DNA of 64,000 nucleotides, from assembly GCA_964016885.1 (NCBI GenBank), contig OZ024754.1, forward strand, positions 45,136,001 to 45,200,000, in the 5' to 3' direction. The notes under the pieces were generated by a model. It was not told the origin of the DNA. It made no database searches and saw nothing but the letters and a program-made list of their open reading frames with translations. This document shows, in pieces, positions 1-11,956 of the stretch (its first letter is position 1; each line of letters opens with the position of its first letter). Position numbers and translations under genes: made by a program. The stretch is from Eledone cirrhosa (taxonomy: Eukaryota).

Positions 1-312
1 AAGCGTAACGATTCTTTTTCTTTCTTCGTGAAATTCTCAATGGACGGTAGCGAAAGCTAAGTGACCCAATCGCCACATTAATGTTGAGAATCAAAGCTCT
101 ATGTCAGTATTAATAATCGTTTATATCGTTTATCTACTAAGAAATTAGTATACTTCATTATATGTATGTGTACGTGTATTGTGCGTATGCAAATACACAC
201 ACACACACACACACACACACGGACACATAAGCACACACTCATATATATTTATATATATGTGTATGTGTATACACGTGTATACAAATGTATACATACACAC
301 TCACACACACAC

Positions 313-427
<115 letters not shown>

Positions 428-785
428 ATATATATATATATAATATATATCTGCGCATGTATTGTTTTTGGCGGAAGCCTCCTTTCTCCCATTTTCGGGA
501 CAGTGTGAGATTTCCTTTAGAACTGCTGGACTAACAACCTAGCAGCTTCCTCAAACACTGATGGTGATTATCGCTAAATATTGATGTTGATTTGGTTATC
601 AATATTAATATTATTGGGTTACCCACTGAAGATTTATAAGAGCCCACTTGAATAAGTATCTGTTGATCTTATACAAGCTTCTACATAACTTGGTATATTT
701 TCACCCAAATTGTAGAAATCTTAAAATGAAACGAGTCGTCTGGGAAGTGATATATTTGATATATCTCATATGAAATGATGCTAAT

Positions 786-833
786 GGTGCTAACTATATT
801 GTATAGTTCGCACTATACAATATAGTTCGCACC
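786..833. repeat. Short near-perfect palindrome (16-bp perfect arms, 21/22 bp extended, 4-nt loop)
   Basis: AACTATATTGTATAGT (792-807), loop TCGC, ACTATACAATATAGTT (812-827); the outer GGTGC/GCACC pairs after one mismatch. Confidence 0.85.
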
Positions 834-927
834 CCAAACGTTTAATTGGGAATATACTCAGGTATTTCCTAATGTTTGTTGAGTGAGTTGGAATTTGGCC
901 GGAGTATCGCTATTAGCTTTCTCCGAT

Positions 928-993
<66 letters not shown>

Positions 994-1247
994 CGTGCAC
1001 ACACACAGTTCTTCATATTCTTGTTTGTAATCATCATTTAAGGCAAAATAATTTTTACAATTATTAAACTTAATGTTTTATATAGGAATATCAGAACTGT
1101 TTTAGCCAAGAAAAATTATATTAAAATAACAAGATCAAACCTGTAAAAGTATATTTGTTACCTATTGTTTGTAGATATATTCTTAATGCTTAACTTTCAA
1201 TGTAATACTTAGTGAACACATAAAAGCTCAGATACAATCATTTGGTC

Positions 1248-1281
<34 letters not shown>

Positions 1282-1654
1282 TAAGGCAATTTTACATGCA
1301 ATGTTTATTAGAAAATTCAAACCAAGTTTAAACTCACTGACAACATAATAGTTTTTTTCCAACACTGAAAGAAATTAGAGTTACGCCTCTTGTCGCAAAT
1401 TAAAAAAAAAAGATATCTACACACGCTTCAACAAATATTATATATATATATATATATTCTTTGGCATATCCCTTCCGGCACTTTTCGTATTGTTTTCGCC
1501 TTCAATGCCTCGGGTACAGAAACTTCAAGTAAAACTCAACACTTTATAGAGTTGTAATTAAATAGTTATATTTTTCACGCATGAATTAACAGTCTTACAG
1601 TCTTTCACGCATGGAAGTGACAGTCTTACAGTCGCTTATATTGTTTACAATACT

Positions 1655-1760
1655 ACCTGTTTATTTATTTCCTCTGCCTCAGAAAAATGAACTACAATGT
1701 CCATGTCGATGCGATTAGATCTCAGAATGTGAAGTGTCTACAAAATCCTCCGTAATATCG
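1655..1760 (-). mobile_element. Old degenerate Nin/Deu-domain SINE fragment
   Basis: CAGAAAAATGAACTACAATGTCCATGTCGATGCGATTAGATCTCAGAATGTGAAG aligns by eye with the reverse-complement core of the younger copies (CCGAAAGGATGAAAGGCAAAGTCGACCTCGGCGGGATTTGAACTCAGAACGTAAAG). Confidence 0.5.
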
Positions 1761-2375
1761 AGTCTTAAGCTCAATCAGAAATACACATATTTTCAATTGG
1801 TAAATGAACGAGAAAGACGCATTCGTATAAAGCTGTTTGTTAACTCTCGTGAAAACAGCGATGGTATCTCACTCACTTCCAATAAACATTGGAATTCTCG
1901 CTCTAATGATAATAGTTATGGTATTTCGTTAGACTAACTGTTCTGACGTTTGTCTGCTTAGAAGCAGTATGGCGTATCGATTAATTTACCCCCTTTAAAT
2001 TAATTATTTCAAATCTAATGTGAATCCAATCAATCTTTATACAAAATACTACCCGCTATTATTCATAATTAATACCTCGAAACTTTTGCTGTCAATTCTT
2101 GTGTCAATATCGTATCATGACGATGTACCCTACTACTTTGGTAGCTATAGTAATGAAAATAATGTTTTATAAGCTGAATTACAGAGAGCAATTTCTGTAC
2201 AAATAATGTAATGGATTTGTAACGAGGTAAACCGGCCATTGAACATATAAATATCCGTGCCTTTGTTAGATCACTGGAATAGATGTCAGGTGAGGTCACA
2301 CTTTAATTTGAAACTTTTACCGAAGATTGTCGTATGTATCAATATATAGTAATGAATACAATCTAGTTAACTGTT

Positions 2376-2447
<72 letters not shown>

Positions 2448-2486
2448 CATGTCAGTCTATGTTTTATATTATTTTCTAAGTATTTG

Positions 2487-2564
<78 letters not shown>

Positions 2565-2610
2565 TATACTTTTATCTCTACCAAACCACAACCACCGTAA
2601 CGTATTTAAA

Positions 2611-2730
2611 TCTACTGTATTCAGGCTTGGAGAGGAGATGGGCTCCATCAGGTTTAAAAAATGTCCTAAAAACGCCGTATGTCAATATAGCGCCCGCCCC
2701 TACGACTCAGGAGTTACGGGACCATACCAT
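2611..2730 (+). mobile_element. 3' tail only of SINE subfamily B (5'-truncated)
   Basis: TCAGGCTTGGAGAGGAGATGGGCTCC...GGAGTTACGGGACCATAC matches the tails at 21788-21900, 24378-24470 (rc) and 61391-61495 (rc). Confidence 0.8.
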
Positions 2731-2849
2731 ATTAGAAAGATTTGGATGTTTATTTAATATGTTTTCTTTCAAATATGCTGCAGGAAATCAATAGTTGGAT
2801 AAAACATTGAAATAGACATGTAGCTCTATTTAGGAAAACATGGAACGCC

Positions 2850-2989
2850 AGTGTAGCGATACCATATTAGTGTAGCGATAATATATTAGTGTAGCGATAG
2901 TATATTAGTGTAGCGATAGTATATTAGTGTAGTGTTAGTATATTAGTGTAGCGATAGTATATTAGTGTAGCGATAGTATATTAGTGTAG
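2850..2989. repeat. 19-bp minisatellite (AGTGTAGCGATAGTATATT) x ~7.4
   Basis: Head-to-tail units start at 2850, 2869, 2888, 2907, 2926, 2945, 2964 and 2983 (partial), with no spacers. Confidence 0.95.
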
Positions 2990-3138
2990 GGTATCTGGAA
3001 AATATTTAGTTGGTATAATATTGGAATTATTTATTACCAGGATTTTATGAAAGCGGCTAATATTCGTTCATTGAGTTAGTAAGAAAGAGGGGAATTATAT
3101 AAATATGTATATCTATATGAATAAAAGGTCAGACACTA

Positions 3139-3207
<69 letters not shown>

Positions 3208-3313
3208 TTTGTGTATGTATATGTATACACGCATACAAACACACACAGTCATATATATATATATATATATGTCTTTGTGTATGTATATGTATACACGCAT
3301 ACAAACACACACA

Positions 3314-3364
<51 letters not shown>

Positions 3365-3437
3365 TAATATATATATATATAATATATATATATATAATAT
3401 ATATACATATATTTATTTATATATATATATACATATA

Positions 3438-3513
<76 letters not shown>

Positions 3514-3524
3514 TATATATGTAC

Positions 3525-3648
<124 letters not shown>

Positions 3649-4724
3649 GAGGGAGTGTACATGATATCTTGCTCTGCGTCAGCTCATTTATGGATGTTTG
3701 TGCAAAACTTTTTCGTTGCTGATATTTGTTTATGAAATATTGGTTCAACTTTTATTATGAGTAATGTGTCTGTTGTGGTCCCGCGTTGTTTGTCATATAT
3801 TTCATAGAGCAATTTCAATATCTATCCACACTTATAATATATAGTATTATCGGGATTAATAATAGCTATAGAAACTTTCCAAAACTGGAATTTCAGAAGT
3901 AAAAAAAAATAGAAGCGAATGGTGAAATAAAACATGTGATTTGTAAGCAATTGTAAATAAGTGTTTTGCCAACGAATAGTTTTATTTATCTTGACTTTAT
4001 CAGCGCTTTGCATAAGAGAATATTTGAAAACAACATTATGTTTGAAACATTTGCAAAGTAAATTAATAGTTCCAAACACATATTGTTCATATAACGCGAA
4101 GAAAAACAACATGGATTCTATCCTTTGTTTTTTGTTTCTATTTTAAATATTTTGAAAACTCAATAGACTCTCTATTCGATAAATTTCATTTCGCCTTCAT
4201 CATTCTCAGCATTTAAGAAAAAAAAAACGTAGAAAACGGAAAGAAACCCTGCAAAACAAACACTTCCCTATTATTCTTATGTGCTTCTGTAATTGAATGG
4301 TAAGAGAAATGAGAGAAAAGCCATTAAAAATGACCATATATTATTTGATTCTCCATTTTGCAATATCAGTGAACTAAAACTATACAGAATATTGGTTCAT
4401 GCTGTGTGAATCTTTTGATAAATTGCTTGATTATGTGGTTGGTAGAGCTTATGAATTCATTCATTTCCTACACCCTTTCTTAGTGTAGCTAAAAATATAG
4501 GTAAAAAAGATTTGCACAAGACGGAAGTCAAAATATGAATAGAAAGAATTTGTTCGGTCAAACTTAACAGAATAACAATATATAAATTAAATATTTCAAT
4601 GGCAAATGATTATAAGACGAATATTACGTTATAAAATGATGTATCAGGTGTATGTTGCTTTAGTTATTATATAAAATAATAGTTGGTTGCTTTTGTTGCT
4701 GTTGGAGTTGTTATTTTTGCTGTA

Positions 4725-4814
4725 GGCGGCAAATTGGCAGAGTCGTTAGAAGGTCGGACAGAATGCTTTGTGGCATTCGTTCCGGCTCTCTGCTCTCTGA
4801 GTTCAAATCCCGCC
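4725..4814 (+). mobile_element. tRNA-derived SINE head only (3'-truncated)
   Basis: GGCGGCAAATTGGCAGAGTCGTTAG (A-box region) ... GAGTTCAAATCCCGCC (B box); same head as the full copies. Confidence 0.8.
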
Positions 4815-5469
4815 AGAATTCTTCAAATCAACCGTAACTGGCTGCTCATACTGACGTTAAGATATTGTTCTCAAAATAAATAACATCAAAATCTCGTAGA
4901 TTTGATAGTATGTGGGATAATTATTTAAGATAAATTATCTATAAAAGTATATTAAATATCAAATGATACATATTATATATAAGTATAGTAAAATAAAAAA
5001 TATATATAATATTTATTTATACATAGTATATATTATATTATTTATTATATATAAATTAACGATTTTATTTATTATATATTATTTACAATTTGAGTGAAGG
5101 CAGATCTCTATGGAAATAGAGAGGGGGGGGGGGGCTCAGGGTATTACGTGGTCGTGAGGGGGGGGACCTCTCATGTAGATGCTTTATCATGTCAGAGAAC
5201 AGCAATTTCGTATGGAATAGATAGACATGTTTCTTCTATTTCATTAAAATCTTCACATCAAAGAACTCTTTCTGAACTCTTTCTTACCGTTATTTTCTTA
5301 ATGATAATTACTATGTAACACTGGACATATTAGATGCTTTGTTTTCTAACAGATATCCGTATTATTTCTCGAATACAGGAATGAATATAGAGTGAAACAT
5401 ATGTGACAATAAACATATCATTTCTGTTGGGTTTAACAAGAATAAAGAAAGATAGATTAGTGCAGTGAT

Positions 5470-5860
5470 TAGTAACGATCTATTGTTTTAGATGTTACTA
5501 TTATCTGTTGTCTATAATCACCATTCACTAAACTCTGATCATGTAAAATGAAACGCTGATACAAAGACTGTAAATATCTTAGGGACAGAAAGGCTATGCA
5601 GACTGATGATCTTAATTGTGTCGATAATCGATCAGTAGGAATGGACAGTTGGAATGAAACAATCAATTGTTTTTTTGGTAAAGGGATTGTTGACATAGCA
5701 ATGTCTCATGAGATTTTCATTATGGATAGTTTTTGATCAGTACAGATGAAGTGGGCTGAAATCTCCTGTGTAGAGTATCGAAAAATCTATTCTATTGAAT
5801 TGAACTACAAATTTAAACACTGTCTCTTGGGTATCTTTTAAATTCTAGAACTTCCATCCC
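5470..5860 (-). mobile_element. Possible highly decayed LINE APE-endonuclease fragment
   Basis: Minus-strand peptides GDFSPLH, ..IPTDRLSTQL.., ..NGDYRQQII occur in the order of the APE motifs GDFN / PT..LD / SDH, but are frameshifted and weak. Confidence 0.3.
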
Positions 5861-6417
5861 AGAGTTAATTGATATTTTACTTATATGTCTATGTCTATAG
5901 CAGCAGATATTAGTTTTTCTGCTTTCGGTTTTTCGTTCTTGCAATGGCAATGTTTTTTTTTACTCCCATGATTTCTAAGATTCTGTGAAAGGTCTAGCGT
6001 CAATAATATTCACGTTTCGTTATGTCTGAATCGGAATTCGATTAGATTTGCTTGCATTTGTTTTCCGTTTTCACGACAATTCATTATTTTGTTATATTGG
6101 TTAGTAAACATTTCAACTTTTAATGTCTGTTGTAGTTTTGCAATATATGGGTTTCAAATAGTTGGATAGAAGTTATCTAAGGATATTTTCATTAAAAAAA
6201 AAAAAAGAATACTACACAACAAATCAAACATACAACAGAAACAAACATTCTTTGCAAGTGTTTCGTTGGATTGCAAGAGAAAAATAATTCTTTATATTAG
6301 TTGAAGTTATTAAAATTCAATATAAAAATTAGATTGTCTGTCGCAAAAGAAGTCAAATGATTCATATCTCTATATTCACACTCTATCGTATCTGTGAGAG
6401 CAGATTCTTCACAATAA

Positions 6418-6572
6418 CCCAGGTGTATTACTGGTGTTTCATTTTATCAACCCTGTAAGGATGAAAGGCAAAGTTAACCTCGACAGGATTTCAACTTAGT
6501 TCATACAGGGCCATAACTTTATGCCGCAAATCATGGCGTCCGACTCTCTACTGATACTGCCAATCCATCGCC
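6418..6572 (-). mobile_element. Nin/Deu SINE subfamily A (head plus core, tail mostly lost)
   Basis: rc reads GGCGATGGATTGGCAGTATCAGTAGAGAGTCGGACGCCATG...GAGGTTAACTTTGCCTTTCATCCTTACAGGGTTGATAAAATGAAACACCAG. Confidence 0.9.
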
Positions 6573-6582
6573 CTTTATTTGA

Positions 6583-6698
6583 TTCAAAATCCTGTCGAGG
6601 TTAACTTTGCTTTTCATCCTTACAGGGTCGATAAAATAAAGTACCAGTAATGCACTGGAATAATTACTGGGCTTGTGCCAAATGTAGAAACAATTATT
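6583..6698 (+). mobile_element. Nin/Deu SINE subfamily A, 5'-truncated
   Basis: TTCAAAATCCTGTCGAGGTTAACTTTGCTTTTCATCCTTACAGGGTCGATAAAATAAAGTACCAG...CTTGTGCCAAATGTAGAAACAATTATT. Confidence 0.9.
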
Positions 6699-6702
6699 AC
6701 AC

Positions 6703-6897
6703 AATATATTTTTCTTCTTTTGGCACAAGGGCCAGCAATTATCCAGTACATTACTGGGGGGTACTTTATTTTATCGACCCCGTAAGGATGAAAGGCAAAA
6801 GTTAACCTCGACGAGATTTGAACTCAGAGCGTAAAGGGACGTAACTATGCTGGAAAGCATGGTGTCCAACCCTCTACCGATACTGCCAATTCACCGC
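6703..6897 (-). mobile_element. Nin/Deu SINE subfamily A, full length
   Basis: rc has the head GCGGTGAATTGGCAGTATCGGTAGAGGG, B box GAGTTCAAATCTCG, the Nin core and the CTTGTGCCAAAAG tail. Confidence 0.9.
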
Positions 6898-6915
6898 GCT
6901 TGTTATATAATAATG

Positions 6916-6985
6916 TACCGAGATTCGAACTATAGATCACTCACACTGTAGGTGGATATTCCATTACCAACAAACTACCGCAACT
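6916..6985 (-). mobile_element. tRNA-like head of a different SINE (fragment)
   Basis: rc GTTGCGGTAGTTTGTTGGTAATGG...AGTTCGAATCTCGGTAC: A-box-like and B-box motifs, no clean cloverleaf. Confidence 0.45.
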
Positions 6986-7912
6986 TACGCTCTCTTATCA
7001 ATGCGTCTCAATGAACTTCAATAATCCAGCTTAATTTTCAAGTGCTGGCGATGAAGAAACTCACGCTGTTATTTATGTTGGAACTGTTGCTTTCTTCGTA
7101 TTTTTTGTGATTGTGATTTTTGGGGTTGCTATCGTTATCGTTGCTCTTATTATTTTTGTTGTTGTCATAGATACGGATTCGTTACAACTGGGACCTTGTC
7201 AACAAAACCCTTGGCAAGTACTAACGTAGTAATCAAAATATTTATATGATTCTCTGATGCGTGATAATCATATTTTGGCTGAAATAACATTTTGAAAGAA
7301 CATCAAAGAAAGTGAAATAAAATAAAATTTATCACTGTAGACATGAAAAAAAAACCAAAACATTAATTTAAAAATAGCTGATATTTCAATAATAATTTTG
7401 TTTTCGTTTTCCGTAAGGCAATGTCGCTCTTTTTTAAAATCGTCTCTCCTCCTCCTCCTTATCATCATCATCATCATCATCGTCATCGTTGTTCTCGTCC
7501 TCGTGATCATCATTTTAATCACCCCCCCCTCCTCATTGTCATAATAATAATCATGACGAGCAAGCCATACCAGCCTAACTTACAATCATATAACAGTATA
7601 TACTGGCCTTAGAAATGCACATAGTGATAATGAATTGAATTATGTAAAAAGACAAAACTGTTTGAATGTTCGTGATGCCATACTCAGTTGGATACATACA
7701 ACTGACGTGGAATTCTTAATCATGCTTGCACTGTTGTTTATAGATTAAGGCGTCCCAAACGCAACAATACTAGCAATGAAATATACATTTAAATAAAGAA
7801 AACTATATACATTCCTACATATAGATATAGATATATTATGTATATATATGCATATTCACACATATCCACACACACACATCTATCTATCTACCTACCTATA
7901 TATCTATCTATT

Positions 7913-8018
<106 letters not shown>

Positions 8019-8189
8019 TATATAGATAGATATATAGATATATATATTCCCGTGGTGTGTGTGTTCGTTTGTTTATGAGTGTGTTTCTCAATCCATAGCG
8101 AACTTTGAGCTCTGCGTTGCAAGCCAACTAAACATTTATGATTCCGTAGTAATGTTGTTACCTGAGGGACCAGAGACATTTAGTTAGTA

Positions 8190-9012
8190 CTAGCAGAATG
8201 GCCCGGCATTGCTCGGGATTCTAAACATAGATTGGCATGTTTATCCCTCCTTTCTGAAACAGTACAGAGAAATACGTAATACCTCGGCCTGGGGATGGTG
8301 TCTACATTTTGTGCTTATAAAAAAAAATTTGTAGATTACCAGAAGTATAACTTAATTGGGTGCCTGAGAGTAAAATGTTCAACCCACGAAAGCCAAGACG
8401 ATAGGGTTAAGTAAAAATGCATTCGACAAACCGAACATGTATTTGTTGTGCTATGGTACAATGAAAGCAATAGTTACAGAGCAGTAAGCATGTGGGACTG
8501 CAGTGGTGGAGAGCATGAAGGAATTTAGTTGGATACTTTGAAGGTTACATGCCCTAACGCAACCAAAATGCTAAACAATGCGGTCCCCGGGCAAAAATTT
8601 GAAATCTTTTTCAGTCAACAAAGTTTGTGAAACATAAGTAATGTATATGCAAAGTTTAAAAAAATTCGGTTGGGTACTTCTCGAGTTACAGGCCCTAACG
8701 CAACCAAATGCTTCAACAAATCGGTTTTTCGCCTAATGCGGTCCCCGGGGCAAAAAATGAGAAAATCTATTTGAAGAAATCGCCTGGATTATTGTTCCGT
8801 TATGCCTCAAAAAAGCCTTTAAAGCCTAAAATATACGGTTTTTCGCCTAATGCGGTCCCTAGGGCATTGAAAATTCGAAATACTTTTTGCCCAAAACACT
8901 CACACGACCATAAGTATTACATGTGTAAAGCTTGAAAAAAATCGGTTGGGTGGTTTTTGATCTTTAGGGAGTCAGTCAGACAGACAGACATTCTCTATTT
9001 TAGATATCTAGA
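8190..9012 (-). mobile_element. Non-autonomous Helitron, complete (~820 bp)
   Basis: On the minus strand it starts A|TC (TCTAGATATCTAAAATAG... followed by (TGTC)n) and ends with the hairpin CCCGAGCAATGCCGGG, then CCATTCTG-CTAG|T. It is inserted in an AT dinucleotide with no TSD, which are the canonical Helitron termini. Confidence 0.85.
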
Positions 9013-9303
9013 TTATAAGAAGGTCACATTAAAAGTTGTGTGTATGTCCACACGAAGGCGGTAAAGAGATACTAGCATGTGACTTCTATATATGCCGAAG
9101 AGGAAAGTGTGGTGACGAAAAAATATAACATATAAGATATGTTGAATAACCATACCTTTAGTTTTGACCTTTTAAAAAAATGATTCTGTTATTGGAATAA
9201 GGTATTTTGACATTTTGACACTATTTATATCTTTGGTGTTTTGAAGTTTCATCTAGTTACTGCAACCGTTACATACATATGTCTGTGCCTATATGTCTGT
9301 CTG

Positions 9304-9349
<46 letters not shown>

Positions 9350-9399
9350 CATCTATCTATATATCTATCTATCTGTCTGTCTATCTATCTCTCTCTCTC

Positions 9400-9522
<123 letters not shown>

Positions 9523-9614
9523 CTGTCTATCTAAATACATACGGGATGGGTGTGTTTAGGTCTTTGTCGAGAGCCCCGTTTTATTTGGCGTCACTTGGAC
9601 GAACAACAATATCA

Positions 9615-9679
9615 AATAATTGTTTCTACTTTTGGCACAAGGCCAGCAATTGCCAGTGCATTACTGGTACTTTATTTAT
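9615..9679 (-). mobile_element. 3' tail fragment of SINE subfamily A
   Basis: AATAATTGTTTCTACTTTTGGCACAAGGCCAGCAATTGCCAGTGCATTACTGGTACTTTATT is the rc of the subfamily A tail. Confidence 0.85.
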
Positions 9680-9942
9680 GATATCAAATAATGGGGAAAA
9701 CTACGCGTTTGTTCTACAGGTTGGGGTCGCAAAACTTCTCCAAACCAAATCTCATCACCCATATAGGACACATTCGAAATCTGGTTCTAGGTATATTATG
9801 TGTAAAAGAAATACTGATTAAGTGGCAATGGCGGAAATGAACTTCAACCTTCATCTTCCTGATCACTATTTATATTGGGCTAAATGAAGACAGGCTTTTT
9901 ATTAGTGTGATAGACTTAACATGGATATACAGCGTAAAGATA

Positions 9943-10142
9943 NNNNNNNNNNNNNNNNNNNNNNNNNNNNNNNNNNNNNNNNNNNNNNNNNNNNNNNNNN
10001 NNNNNNNNNNNNNNNNNNNNNNNNNNNNNNNNNNNNNNNNNNNNNNNNNNNNNNNNNNNNNNNNNNNNNNNNNNNNNNNNNNNNNNNNNNNNNNNNNNNN
10101 NNNNNNNNNNNNNNNNNNNNNNNNNNNNNNNNNNNNNNNNNN
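9943..10142. other. Assembly gap (200 N)
   Basis: Run of exactly 200 N, a fixed-size scaffolding gap; true distance unknown. Confidence 0.99.
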
Positions 10143-10835
10143 CATAGATCCAATGATGATAGAGATATGTATATACATATATAGACACGCACACATACAC
10201 TCATATCCATGTGTTTGTGCGTGCAACATTATGTACATAAATAAAATAGCTTTACATACTGATAACAATATGTATGTATAATTAAAGACGTAAATACAAT
10301 TATATACGCAATAACGTACATTAATAAATATAAACTTTATTCATTCATAACGGCACATATATGTAAATGTATTATGCAATTTGTAGCAGCATGCATAGAT
10401 ACATACGCACGTACATACACATATACATAATACAAACATGCATACAGGCATACATACATATATACATACGTACATTCGCACATACGTATATACACACATG
10501 CATAAATATATACTTCATACTTTCATACATACATAGATACCTACGTACAAACACACATAAATACGTACATATATACATAAATACATTCATATATACATAA
10601 ATACATATATTCATACATAGATACATACGTGTATACATTCATACATACATACATACACACATACAAGCATATATACGTACATACATACATAAATACGTAC
10701 ATACATACACAATATGATTATACAGATTTCTAATTCAATAATGGTTATTTAATGATAAAGGCATAAACGAATTCACTATTAAAGCTATGAAATACACACA
10801 CACACACACACACACACATGCACCCCCCCACACAC

Positions 10836-10879
<44 letters not shown>

Positions 10880-11617
10880 GCACACATAGATACACACGCA
10901 CATACACAAACCCACACATACAGACATACGCACACGCACACAGAGATACATTCACTTCTTATAACTTTGCAGAGAGAAATATGAAAGCGTATTGAAAGTC
11001 ACCAGAGTTAAATTGTTCCTAATGTAGGCTGAAGGCAAAAAGCGATAGTAGAAGTGATAGACGATTGTCTGGGAAACAGACAATGAGAGCAGAGAGAAAA
11101 CATTCTGTCATAAGCTATATGGTTCAGGCGTCAAGCTAGTACCGACTCTACTGTGAGATGAAACATGCTAGTTTTAACACTTCTCGGGATGTGGGAAAAT
11201 ATGACTTGGGTATCACCTAAAATGTATTCAATAGAGAGTTACATTAGAAACAGCTAGAATCAGTGGCGGACTGACCAGGTTGCCCAATGGCATGTGGACC
11301 CCAGAGGGCCCACGGTAACGTCGCAAGAGCCTACAGTAGCATGCAGGGCCCACTGTAGTATTTTAGGGGCCAATGCTTCGCTTTCAAAAAATACCCGACT
11401 TCTAAGAGAAAGAATAAAAAAAAAAAATAAATAAATAAATAAAACAATTAAGCAACGCATTTGGTTAACCAAATCCCCAGAGAAACCCAAATATATGATA
11501 GTTCAAATAACTGGAATCAGTGGTTGTACATTCTACTAAATCCAAAGCTTAGTGTATTCAAACGTACATATATATAGGCACAGACACACAACCACACACA
11601 TATATACATATATCTAT

Positions 11618-11741
11618 CTAGGGCGGGTAAAATTCCCGAGATCCATGGACGAGTTCTCTCCAGTGGTCTCTGTCCCTCATTATCGCTGCCATGCCCTGCG
11701 TCTCCAACAGACCAGTGTCTGTCCTTAGGGCATCAACATAC
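11618..11741 (-). mobile_element. RTE LINE extreme 3' end (ORF C-terminus, stop codon, short TAGA tail)
   Basis: Open frame YVDALRTDTGLLETQGMAAIMRDRDHWRELVHGSREFYPP*; carries the M.DR..WR motif typical of RTE C-termini. Confidence 0.9.
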
Positions 11742-11867
11742 TGAGGTTAGCTGGACATGCTCACCGACATCCAGAGTTGACATTTCACTCAGTGCTCATG
11801 TGGGAGCCCCTACATGGACACACTGGAAGAGGACGACCAAGGTTAACGTATGTTGATGCCCTAAGGA
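11741..11867 (+). mobile_element. Inverted upstream segment of the same RTE insertion
   Basis: Open frame LRLAGHAHRHPELTFHSVLMWEPLHGHTGRGRPRLTYVDALR, the RTE motif RL.GH...W.P.HG...GRP..TYVD; it shares 20 nt with the minus-strand segment. Confidence 0.9.
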
Positions 11868-11956
11868 TATATATATATATATATATATATACTTATACAC
11901 GAACTACTGACACATATATATATATATATAATGAGTGAGTGTGAAAGACCAAAGGT

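Noticed and set aside
2850-2989. CRISPR-like regular repeat
   Set aside because: Units are contiguous with no unique spacers, and the context is eukaryotic; it is a minisatellite.
8708-8935. 75-aa ORF with repeated GFSPNAVP
   Set aside because: It reflects the internal tandem modules of the Helitron, not a protein repeat.
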